From the NCBI GenBank assembly GCA_008632985.1, contig QPGO01000233.1:62001-104209 (forward strand): DNA of 42,209 bases, in the 5' to 3' direction. The position numbers and the translations under genes are program-made. Below, piece after piece: positions 12,391-23,307 of this stretch; the first letter of the stretch is position 1; each line of letters opens with the position of its first letter. Source of the stretch: Psammoneis japonica. Taxonomy: Eukaryota. Below the pieces are notes generated by a model. That model did not search any database. It was not told the origin of the DNA and was given only the letters and a program-made list of their open reading frames with translations.

Positions 12391-12504
12391 AACAGCATTT
12401 GACAAAGAATTGCATCAATCAACGAAGTGTTGCCACTTTGTTTTTTAGACTTTCTTTGACCAGTCAATGACAATCTCACCGCATGCCATGTTGTGTGCAT
12501 CAAT

Positions 12505-15028
12505 CGTGTGTGTCAGGGATGACTCAATGGAAATGTGTCAGTGGAGCCACCAAGCAATGCACATTTGCCACAACCCCAAATGTCGAACATGCACCATCCA
12601 ACTGTCTGGAACTTGCAGCCATGTGTTGATCTTCAGCCTTGAAAATGGCAAGTTTTTCGTGCAGTGATTTTTGCCAAATGTTGAGAAATCATGATGGCAA
12701 ACCTCTCTGCTGTGTCTCTGACTCTCTCAGAGCATTGCTGAGACAAGCTCACTCTCTTTGATTTGCAGTGAATGACACCTTTGAAAGCTTTTGCAATGAC
12801 CATGACAAGCATGGTTGCGCACTCTGATGCTGCTTGCCACAAACAAGACAGGAGCGCCCATCCCAATGTCAACCTTTCCAAGGAGAAAGGCTTTGTCCCA
12901 CTTGGATGAGACAACAAGAAGGTGAGTTGACCACATGTTGTGCAGCAGTTGTGCAGAATTGCTTTCGTGGCTTGCTCTCTCCATGTCTGTCTCTCTCTCT
13001 CTTCTGTTGTGTTGTCGCTGCATCTGGTTTCTTCTCATTGTCTCACCATCACGGTTTCATTTGATCTGCAATGACTGCATGCTCTTGAGTCATGTCTCAC
13101 TTGTTTTGACAATGAGGGGGCTCTTGACAAATGCTTCAATGGGCTCCATGGGCTGGAGATTCTTGAAGTCAAGGCCACGGAGAAAGGTCAAGCCACACAT
13201 CTGAATCTCCAAGAGAAAGAGGAGGGAGCATGCCCTGTCTGCTGGGGCGGCAACAAGCAGAAAGTTCTCAAGCATGCTCCTGTGAAAAATGTGAGTTGAT
13301 CATTCAGTGCAGTGCCTTTGAGTTTTGCTGCTTTGCTGTGATCGGATTGTCCTTGTCTCATCGTCGCTTCCATCAAATTTTGCCTTTCCCGCTGGTTCTC
13401 ATCTCATGCATCCCAAATGATGGGCCATTTGTGCCAGAGGTTCTTGAGCATAAGAACAAGGAGACGGTTCAAGCAGATGCTCCAAAGAAAGAGAAGTGAT
13501 CCAGTTTCAACAATGGCTGGGGAGAGCAAGAAGTGCTCGAGTGTTCTCCTCTAAAAAATGCAGGCAGTCATTCATTTGGCATGTCGACCACAGCATGAAA
13601 GTTTCAGATTGTTTGCTGTGATTGATTCTTTTCATCTCACCATTGTTTCAATCTTTTTGTCTTTTCCTGCAGGTCCTCGTGTCTTGCATCCCTGCTTTGG
13701 CCGCTGGATTTTCTGCACTCAAGCAGCGCAATGCAACTGTGCCAGAACGTGAGGACAAGGAGACGGCTCAAGCAGACACACCGATTCTTCAGAAGAAAGA
13801 GAAGTGACCCAGTTTCAACAATGGCTGGGGAGAGCAAGAAGCACTTGAGTGTTCTCCTCTAAAAAATGCAAGTCATTCATCTGGCACATCGACTGCAACA
13901 TGAAAGTTTCAGATTGTTTGCTGTCATCAATTCTTTTTGTCTCACCGTTGCTTCAATCTTTTTGTCTTTCCTGCAGGTCCTCACATCCTGCGTCCCTGAT
14001 TTGGCTGCTGAATTTTCTGCACTCAACTGGTGCAGTGCAACTGTGCCAAAACACAAGGACAGGGAGACAGCTCAAGCGGACACGCCGATTCTTCAGAAGA
14101 AAGAGAAGCGACCCAGTTTCGATGATGATGGCTGGGGAGAGCAAGGAGCACTCGAGTGTTCTCCTCTGTAAAAAATGCAAGTCATTCATCTGGCACATCA
14201 ACTGCAACATGAAAGTTTCAAATTGTTTGCTGTCATCAATTCTTTTTGTCGCACCATTGTTTCAATCTTTTTTGTCTTTTCCTGCAGGTCCTCGCATCCT
14301 GTGTCCCTGGTTGGGCCGCTGAATTTTCTGCACTCAACCGGCGCAATGCAGCTGACGTGTTCCAGCCCCAGGTGACGCACAAAACAACAATTGGATTTTG
14401 AGTGTAATTTATGTGTGTTTTAGTGCACACAGCATTTTAACAAAAATGCTTGGACGGATTGACTTTCATGGGCTTCTAGAGTGTGAACATTTAAACAGTT
14501 TTTTGAGGGGCACTCAAATCCTCATGGGACGTGTGTCACAAACTTCCTCAGTGGACTCAGCGCTGATTGCACGTCAGCAGATTTACACTGAGATTTTTTT
14601 GTAGGTAGAAAACCTGCCAAGTAGCATCGTAGAAAGACACATTTAGGTGACATCCAAATGACGGCAACATTTTCGCCGAAAATCATCCGTTGTGTTGCGA
14701 GTCTTTCAACGCAATGAAAAACATGGACAGCACAACAACAATGACATTGCAACACTCACACGAGTCTTGTTGGTGTGTTGCAAAACATTTATATTTGTTC
14801 AAATCTATACTTTTGGTGGTGAAAGTTCGATCGTAAGTTGGGGACCGCGCAAAAATCGCGCAAATGTCGTTTTTGTGCACGACTTGGTTCGCGTGCGGCT
14901 GGAACACGTCAACTGTGCCAGAACACAAGGACAAGGAGATGGCTCAGACGGACACTCCCATTCTTCAGAAGAAAGAGAAGTGACTCAGTTTCGACGACGG
15001 CTGGGGAGAGCAGGAAGTGCTCGAGCAC
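12505..15028 (+). pseudogene. Copy 1 of a gene made of tandem ~300-bp exon+intron modules (split by the MITE)
   Basis: Co-linear with 32830-34600. Repeated unit ...cctgcag|GTCCTC...GGCTGGGGAGAG..GAAGTGCTCGAG..TTCTCCTCT.AAAAAT|gcaagt. Many TGA stops at former CGA codons. Confidence 0.8.
14355..14909. mobile_element. Non-autonomous TIR element (MITE-like), about 555 bp
   Basis: Perfect TIRs ACGTGTTCCAGCC (14355-14367) / GGCTGGAACACGT (14897-14909), with weaker subterminal symmetry. Flanked by CAGCTG / CAACTG. It interrupts a repeat module whose intact copies read ...gcaatgcaactgtgccagaa. Confidence 0.85.
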
Positions 15029-15394
15029 TGATCAGGACCCGCAACATCATCACCGGATTCGGCGTTTGAAGGACTTGTGCCAAATGACTGACATCTCGTG
15101 TTGCAACAACCGGAGTGACGGCCTCATCACTTGCATCAGGGATACCAGTGACAGTGTCAGCGGGATCAGTGTCCTGGAAAGTGGTTGGTGACGATTCCCG
15201 AGACATCGTCATGGTCGAGTCGATGTGACGCTGTGTGTGTGTTGTGAGAAAAATGGGCAAAAATAATAGGTCATGAGTTTTTTACAAAAATCACAGCGGT
15301 GGCCGCGCGAACGTAGGGCTACCGGTATGGCCCAAAAGCGTCGTGTGTTGTTGGCATTTATGCCGAGGCTCTCCCACAAATGTTTCCCCAACCA

Positions 15395-16254
15395 ATGAAT
15401 AGCAATTGCAATGAGAACTTTGCACAGCTTGCAAGCGGTGTTGACCGAAACGAACCCAAGTGAGGTCGATGAAATCAACATCTTGGCTAAAGAAATCGAT
15501 GTCGAAGGTGTCCAGCAACTTGTTGCTCCCAAAGCTGTCTCTCCTTCATTTGGCTCACAATCACATTGGGGACGACGGTGTCAAGTGTTTGTCGAAAGTC
15601 ATCCCTTCTCTTTTTCTGCTGGAAACGCTCATCCTGGAAGAAAATGGCATTGGCCCTGAGGGTGTCAAGTCTTTGTGCGAAGTGCTGGAGCGGAACGCAA
15701 AAATCAAAGTTGTCAACCTTGAAGACAACGCACTCGGAGATCGAGGTGCAGAATGCATTGGAAAAATGTTGCGAAAAAATCGCAAACTGACAACGTTGTG
15801 GTTATCGAATTGTCGCATTGGACAAAAGGGAGCTAAAGCGTTGGCCAGTAGCGTGCGAGAAAACTCATCCATTGTTACTCTTCGTCTCGATGGCAACAAC
15901 ATTGGAGACGGTGGTGCAAGAGCCCTCGGACAAATGCTTTCGCAAAACGACACAATCGTACATGTGCGTGTGTCGCGTGCCTCTTTTGGAGATGAGGGGG
16001 AGGCGGCCCTAGTGGACGGCGTGAAGCAAAATAGGAAGGTTGATCCTTACTTTTTATGGTACGGCATTGATGAGGAGCTAGTTTCTGAGATTGAAAGGGA
16101 CCGTGAGCTGTTGCGGCGCATTTTGCTGTTGTTGCGTCGTGATTCCGTTAAGGATGGTATTTGGGCCAAGGTGTTGGCACGGGTTGGCGAAAACCACAAC
16201 CTCCGTTACCTTGTTATCAAGGCCAAACCAGAGATAGTCAGGAAACCAAAATGA
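15395..16254 (+). CDS. RNI-like/NLRC3-like leucine-rich-repeat protein; 5' part appears frameshifted
   Basis: 28-aa LRRs (L.L..N.IGD.G...L...L..N..L). C-terminal W.KVLARV...YLVIKAKP. LRR-like N-terminal pieces (QLASGVDRNEP; EVDEINIL..EIDVEGVQQL) lie in two other frames upstream. Confidence 0.8.
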
Positions 16255-16820
16255 TTCTCTTTACATGACATTGGGAACAGCGGGTTGGTTCCGAATTCGA
16301 GGAGCATGATGTACAGTATATGAGACACAACCATAGCGTCACTTGGTTTTTGTTATTTTTGCAAATAACCGACAACAATTTAGTAAAACAAACCATATGT
16401 ATATGTTTTTGTTTCCACCAATGCCCACTCTTCGTACGGCGTAGGTAGTCACTAGCAACCGATGCTCTATACTTCCGCGCGTACAAACCGACCTCTGAGT
16501 CGACTGGACTCATTGGCTTTGCGGCTTGTTGTAGTCCATCTATTTTTTGGAATGCACCTCTATAAGGCCTCTTTTTCAATGATGCAAAACAACTTTTAAC
16601 AGTGTTCTGATGGAGTTCACATTCTTGATTATTTCTTTTATGATTGGTGCCTCCGGTTTCCCAAATCATTCTTTACACACAAAAAGAGCTTATGCGTTGT
16701 GCCTTGAATAAGAAACGTAGCTGCCGCGACACGAACGCACCTTCTCTCTCTCTCTTTCCAACGATACAATATCTTCCTCCCATTCTCCTTTATGACTTCT
16801 CGTTCAATCCATTCTGTACT

Positions 16821-17080
16821 TCAGCCGCTTATGTAGTCGAGCTTCATATTCTTATTCTTGTTTCTTGCACACATTGCCCGCGCGTACTGATCCGACAAAT
16901 TTGCACTGGACACACGCATAATTGGTAATACTCTCAAGACATCCCTTAGAGCGGCAACAAAGAAATGATTCCAAAAGGTCGTTCCATCGACTCGATAGTT
17001 CAACAGACACACCGACATGTTAGCACCTTCTTCAATCGATCCCCAAAACTTTTCCAACGCCTTGGGTCCTTGAAGGAATC
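16821..17080 (-). pseudogene. AUREO1a: Aureochrome-1a-like LOV domain C-terminal remnant
   Basis: FLQGP..., MSVCLLNYRVDGTTFWNHFFVAALRD, then after frameshifts ITNYACVQCK and SDQYA, matching the diatom aureochrome 1a C-terminus as I recall it. No GRNCRFLQ core and no bZIP recognisable. Confidence 0.75.
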
Positions 17081-17896
17081 ATCGACCACTCTGTAATGGA
17101 CGGGGTTCAAGAAAGCAGCTGATGTCATCCGCTAAGAGATCAGCTCCAGGCTGTTGAAGATTGAAGCATAGAAGCTCTTGATCTTTCATTTCGTCCCCAC
17201 TTTCACGGGGCACAGTATCCTCAGGCCTACTAAGGCCGCGAACGTTGTTGAGTAACAGTAGCGAAGAGTAAAAGTGCACCTATCGTACGGTCTTGGGTAC
17301 GCATGTTTCTGAATAAGTATCTCGTCGGTGTACCCGCCAGCCGCCACATTCAGGAGCTTATCTTCTTGGAACTCCAAAATCAATTTAATAGCATTCGTAG
17401 TCGCATCATTCAGGACAACAGATAACGAAAGTTTCAATGTTGGAGCTTGCGATGGCAAGTGGCAAGGCGGATGGACTAGTAGTAGTTGGCGGAAGAAGAG
17501 ACGTCGGTGGTGCAGTCGGGTTGAATGACTCGACCGCTGCAGTGTTTTTTGCCTCATTCAATACCGAGAACATCTTAGCAGACTTCACACTAAAACATTG
17601 ATCGTCTCGGAATATATAAGCTGTGGAAAGTCTGAGAGATCGTAAACGGTGAGTCTTACTAGCTCACTTCGCGAAAAAGGCAATCATATTCCTTACCCAA
17701 AACAATGGACTCAATGATGTTACTCGGAGTATTCACAGTCACCCCCAGTCGTCTACGATTATTCAACTTCCTTTGAAATTCTGCAGCGAGATGCAGGTTG
17801 AGAAATTGTCCATAAAGCAGCGCGATTTTTTTATTGATTTTTGGAAACGCGGCGAGCAACCGGAGGAAGCACGACTGAAAGATCGCTTCAAGCAGG

Positions 17897-18880
17897 ATGA
17901 TTCGAATCGCGTTTGTGATGTATGCCGCGCTGCGAGGAGTCGTCGCTCGTCGCGTGATGCGTTCGCCATTATTTGTTTCAGCTCTTGCAGTCCAACAGTC
18001 GGATGCTCATCATAACAAAGGCACCATAAAACGAGAAGTAAAAGAAGGAATGAAGAAGACAGCAGGCAAGAGAAAGCGTGAGTCGGACAGCGCAGGAGCA
18101 TCCGATCCAGTTGAAACGACGATCGAGACGACGACAAGCAATGCCAAGAACGAAACAAGAAGGAACCATCAACCTCGACGGAAAGGCGTGCGGATAAACC
18201 AAACAAAAAGACCACAGCAAGAACAACTCTTCCATCCGACAGTCCAGTTTATCAAAAGATCCTGCAGTCCTCACCAAGGCTTGTCCACATCACATGTCCT
18301 TGTCATCCCATCAAGAACGCGAGGAATGGGCCAGGCGATTGTTGACCACACTCGTGGCCAAACATGGACCCACATGAAAAGCACTCAAGCACTGAGAGAT
18401 CATGTGCGGTCTCTTATCTTCAATCTCAAAAAGAATGGTGACAATCTGGTACTACGCTATTCTCCTGAATCTTTGGTGGAACTGTCAGCAGAACAGCTCG
18501 CGGTTGGCACCAGTGTCGAACGACAACGAGAGACGGCACGTTAGAAAGGTTGGAAACCTCCTCCTCCCGAGTCCAAGCTTGACCCCGAGCGTAGTGCATG
18601 GTATACATCGTCCGACCTGCAAACAAAACGTCTAGTCCTAGTCTTGCGAGATGAAGCAACACACAGAGCGTACTGCAACTGTTTTGGAAACAACGCTACA
18701 CCAAGAGTTGATGTAATTCTCCATAACAGCATTTTCACTGTACCAGGTCGAGTGGATGCGTATGTATCACCTGCCAATACCATGGGAGACATGGATGGCG
18801 GTATTGACAAGGCATACGCGGAGTACTTTGGATGGTCCTACGGAAGACCGTACCATTCACCAAATGCAACTAGCTATTGA
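17897..18880 (+). pseudogene. TFIIS central-domain-like segment in frame (across one TAG) with a truncated macrodomain
   Basis: VRSLIFNLKKN...SPESLVELSAEQLA, TAG at 18542-18544, then the same frame continues KGWKPPPP...LVLVLRD...DAYVSPANTMGDMDGGIDKAY (macrodomain signature) and ends prematurely at 18880. Confidence 0.7.
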
Positions 18881-18913
18881 CCGAATCAAGGGAGACTATG
18901 GTGCCAGGCTTCC

Positions 18914-19948
18914 GAAGCGTTCGTGAAACGGATGCTACTCTCTAGTAGGTATGGTCTACTAGTGAAAATAGAGCGACCCGAGATTGGGTTCCAACACAGG
19001 AGCAGAGTCTCTCGCCGCATCACAAACGGTGGCGCAGTGCTCGGAGGTAAGATTGCGACCGCAAATCTAAAACTCAAGGGACGTTACTAAAAATGGAAAG
19101 TCAAGGAAAGAGACCTGAAGAACCTACAACGGATCCGGTTCTCAGTAGAGAGAACACACCACCTCTACTGGAGACTCGCCAACTCCATATGTGCGGGTTC
19201 CTTTAACAGTCCATCACCACCACCTGTGCAATCCTTTCCTGATTTATAAAATGGTTTAGTTTGTGTAGCATAAAATAGTGAGATGGTGCATCAATGCAAC
19301 AACCTGTTACTGTGACAAGTCACAAGTCAGTCCTTCTCTTCGTTTGCTCGCGGATATGATCAATGAATTTCTGTGGTGGCTTTACGTGGTGCTTTTCGAT
19401 GTAGTGTGCGTATCCCTGCGGCCAGTTGTATTTCGAATCACCCATGCAGGTGTTCCCCAGCGCTTCGTCGCACAGACGACAAAAGGCCAATCCTCGCCAT
19501 CGTTGCAGCACAATGGGTCCGTTCTCAATACCTTCATTATCCGAAGCAATGTTGAGGTAGTCTATCACCATTTTTCTTTCTCTGGGATCCCAGTCTTTGT
19601 CGACCTGTGCGTTCTCGGCGGATCCCGGTCCCTCGTCTTCCCAATAACCAACCGCGATTCGTCCATCGATGCTGTTGGGATCAGATTTCTTGTTAAACAT
19701 AAATGCCATGCTTACAGGTTGGCTGTGAATGGGAGGTGACGTCCAAGTATTTGTAAGCACAATGAGAAGGCCGAGGCTAACAATCGCTTTCCACAAGAGC
19801 GTCTCGCGTCTCGGTGGCAGCACAGACACGATTTTGTTCATCAGTTTCTTTTGCTCTTTCTCACGTCTTTACCAGTGGGATGTTGCACGTTCGGCCGAGC
19901 CAATTGATGTGGAGCTCGTCGATTGCCACTTCGGAAGGATACAAGTGC
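18914..19948 (+). repeat. About 1-kb direct duplicate of 11357-12390, TpA-retaining copy
   Basis: Co-linear alignment by eye; TA and CG retained where the other copy has CA/TG. Confidence 0.95.
19320..19841 (-). CDS. Hypothetical protein with a CxxC + HxxxxH putative metal site (likely start MFNKK...)
   Basis: AVGYW...VIDYL...WRGLAFCRLC...G...YNWPQGYAHYIEKHHVKPPQKFI; intact frame, and a decayed duplicate exists in the window. Confidence 0.65.
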   Translation of the reverse strand: MNKIVSVLPPRRETLLWKAIVSLGLLIVLTNTWTSPPIHSQPVSMAFMFNKKSDPNSIDGRIAVGYWEDEGPGSAENAQVDKDWDPRERKMVIDYLNIASDNEGIENGPIVLQRWRGLAFCRLCDEALGNTCMGDSKYNWPQGYAHYIEKHHVKPPQKFIDHIREQTKRRTDL

Positions 19949-20787
19949 CGTTCGATGCCGGTAATGCGAAGTGACACCGCACACGATCGACAGCAAGATC
20001 TATCTTCAATCTCGTTCGTTGGTCGCGCGTACGTGATTGAGTCGTGAGAATGGGTCATTTGGACAGATGACAGAACGCTCCCGCCAAAATCATTTATAGT
20101 TTTATACCGCCACGTATTATTTCATTTGAGGATGCGTCGCGATGATTTCCAATGGCGGCCGGCGGCACGACGGAAAATGAATGCGGCGCAACCATCAACT
20201 CCTAGAGCTACTAGTAGTAGCCATACTCAACTATAACCCCGGCGTGTCTTTAGTTTGCAAGGGACGTTTGTCCAATGTGGCGTTGCCGGCATGAATCAAA
20301 CAAAGATGTGGAATGGAGGCCAGAACTGGCTTTTTTGAGACGAGAGCTCAAGTCTGAAGTAAGCACCCACCTCTCTCGAGTGAGCCCCTTCACGCAGTGT
20401 CGAACTCAATCTGCCGGTACCACGTTTGCTCGTCACTCCTTACCTTAGATTGAGGAGTTGAGTTATTGAGGGATATATGGTATATACCCAAAAGCCTGAG
20501 AATTCAACATGCTGTGCTCGTCGGCATGTTCCAGGTTGGTCGATCAGCACTTACCAGCCCTACTAGCTAGCTAGGCCTACTCTAGCTCTAGCTAGAGAGA
20601 GTAGAGCACCTTCTGTACTACAGGGTGATAAGGCCAGCGAAAAGTGATGCAATCGAAGGAATCAGAGAGGTTGCATGAAAACCTTAGAGTCTACATAGTT
20701 AGACTACTACTCTACCTGAAAATGTAGTACATCTTACACGCTCTTAGACACCAACGCAATTGAGACAATCAAGCCTTCCATAATACA

Positions 20788-23060
20788 ATGGAACGTCGCC
20801 AATGGACAGAGCCGTATGGGCATATCATGGCCGCCCCATCTACGTTGGAGCGTATAGGACCTGGTTTGGTAGGTGGCGCTTTGCAAGGAGACCATCTATC
20901 TCAAGTAGCACTGACAGTCATTCTCCAGATGTTGGATGCTCGCTCCGATCAAGAGTTTCAGGAGTTTGCCTTTGATTTAGAAGACGGCGAAAACGACCAC
21001 TTGCTGAACCTTTCAGTTCGCCTTGCTGAGCGGCCGTACAGGCTTGCGTGCGAGGAATTCGATGAACCACAACTAGAGCGATTTTTTCGCTGCATATTCT
21101 TTGCCGCCTGTGCAAACGTTTTCCGCATGACGCACTTCCTTCCCTCATGCGTATCGGTTCTCTGGACGAAAAGGCGAGTGGCGGAGTGTTTCGGCATGGT
21201 GTGGCCCTGGGACTCCCTGTAGAAGGTGATCCTCGCCTTCTCTTGAAATGTCTACTGGAAGATTTTCGATTTCCTCGTCCAGCATCAACCTGACCACTTC
21301 ACTGGGTTGCTAGTTATGTATCTTCCGTCCCTGGCACCGGCTCTCAACCTGGCTCTCGACGACCCCCACGAAAGCTTTGAACTTCTCTATTTGCTTGCAG
21401 AATACTTCCTCAAGCAGAAGATGTACTTGTGCGTCGCAAACATTCCCGAGATTTTTCATGCAATCTCGCATCAGTACGAAGAAAACCAAGAAGCCCTCAA
21501 AGACGATGCCAGGAGAGTTAAGTCTGTATTGCTCGTGCAAAAGAAGCAATCGGGGATTTAATCGGTGCGCGCGACATCTATCGTTCATGTGGGGCCGATA
21601 GCCTTGCTGCGTCGCTCAAACCGTGCATATCAGGATCTCAAGTTTTTGTTTCTGAGGTACCCCTGGCGTCAGCAGTCACCGATGTAGGCAATCGAGCAAG
21701 CTAGAACTTCAAGCTTCTTGATCCAGTGTCAAATTCAATCGAAGATCGCCCTATTCCTGAAAACGGAAGCCGATGGAGAGTTGCGTAAAAGCCATCCCAG
21801 ATCCGACGTCTGAACGTTTTCGAATCCTAGTTGCCCCAAGATCTGATGATGGGGAGGAAAATGGAAGAATGGATGACATCAACGACATGGTGGGTGGCAT
21901 GTTTGGCAGGCAAGCAAGCGGTTCATCCGACCAGCGCCGAATCGAAAATGTCGAGCTGTGGCAGTACGGAGATCAAGGTTGGCACGAAACCAGGACTCGG
22001 GGAAGCATTCCAGATAGGTATGTGGTTTCTCGGATCGAAAGCCACTGTGTCATCTTTGAAGGCAGACTTGTTGTCTTAGGGGGGCAATCAGATTGGAAAC
22101 AGAGGTCTGTCTAGCACAAGTGGCCGGACTTCGGCCGGAGCTTTTGTGCTAGACTTTGAATCTCTTGAGTGGCTACGAATCCCACACCCTTTTGGACAGA
22201 CTCTTATGCTAACCGATCACCCCGGAATGTCGAATTCAGCCCCCCGCCACGTAAATGTTTCCCTTCCTCCATTTGTAGCTGCTTCTAGCATTGATATCAG
22301 GGGTCAAAAGATGGTGGCAATACTGGGCCACAAGAGCGAGGTCAATTCCAGAAGAAACAATGAGCTTGTTCCGAAGTACACCCTAAACTTGCTTGGGTTT
22401 TTACCCGGTGCTCTTCGGCCGGAGTGCTTTTGGATTCTGGATGTGGAAACCAAAGATCTAAGCGGGCATGTGGCAGCAATGACCGCTGCGACGTGCCATC
22501 AAGTTGGTCCTACGGTGGTTGTTGCGGGTCTTCCGTCTCCCATAGTCCAAACACTACAGCAGAATGGAGCTACTCGTATTGCCAACTCTTCGTTCTCTTC
22601 TTCGGAGCTTCCCGTGACAATGGAAGCTCTGGATGTAAGGAGCATGGAGTGGAGGGGCCTTAGAATTCATTACTCTGACTTGATTGGATGTGGAGAGACA
22701 CAGCTGAAACTGGTTCCGGGATCGAATCGAGACTGTTGCCATCTGCTGACAGTTTCCTCAGGATCCTTGAACATTTACAAGCTTTCGAATCTTAATTCCA
22801 TATCGGATTGTTTCACTGAACCTTTGACCAAACGGAAACGCCTGTCGAAGAAGAATACTGTGAGCTATCGGCTGGCAAAGGCGCAGAAGAACAAGGCCCG
22901 GTGTCTGCGAGAGTGTGGCTGCTGCCATATCTTTGAAACTGGTGGAAAGGTGTTCCAGTGCTGTGCTAAATGCCGAGAGTCCTTCTACTGTTCACGTTTC
23001 TGCCAAATGCGTCATTGGAAGGCTGAGCACAAGTCTACCTATTCTCCGTCAACTGCTTAG
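20788..23060 (+). pseudogene. Disrupted Kelch-like + C-terminal MYND zinc-finger gene (possibly two genes)
   Basis: 20788-21561 is one frame broken by TAG (21220) and TGA (21244). Kelch-like HCVIFEGRLVVLGG and LDFESLEW; TAG at 22112 plus a frame change. MYND CGCC...CAKCRESFYCSRFCQMRHWKAEHK with the last Cys replaced by Tyr. Confidence 0.7.
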
Positions 23061-23307
23061 CAAGTGCCTGGTTTCGTCACAATTGCTAAGAAGTTTCTGA
23101 TGAAAAGACGAAATGCATGGGTTTCAGTCACGCAAAATGGCTTTTTTATGGGTCGTTAAGTCTTACGGCCGCGGCTTTTCTCAGTTCTGGCCAGAAGCAT
23201 TTGTGAGTTCTTGTTAACTATTCCAACGTCGAAGCAATCAACGAAGACAGTGGTGGGAGTTGGACAAGGGAAAACAGATCTTTGCAGATTTCAACTGATG
23301 GCAACAG

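Larger units (their letters stand above)
9850..15250. other. TpA-depleted domain 2 (interrupted by a TA-retaining MITE at 14355-14909)
   Basis: TA is almost absent and CpG also strongly reduced. Contains mutated duplicates of sequences found elsewhere in the window. Confidence 0.9.

Noticed and set aside
13400..14350. Regular ~300-bp repeats as a CRISPR-like array
   Set aside because: The whole unit is repeated with no unique spacers, it has exon/intron structure, and the context is eukaryotic with no cas genes.
9850..15250. Classical fungal RIP or plain CpG methylation decay as the explanation
   Set aside because: RIP would raise TpA, and CpG decay does not consume TpA. The duplicate alignment shows TA->CA/TG.
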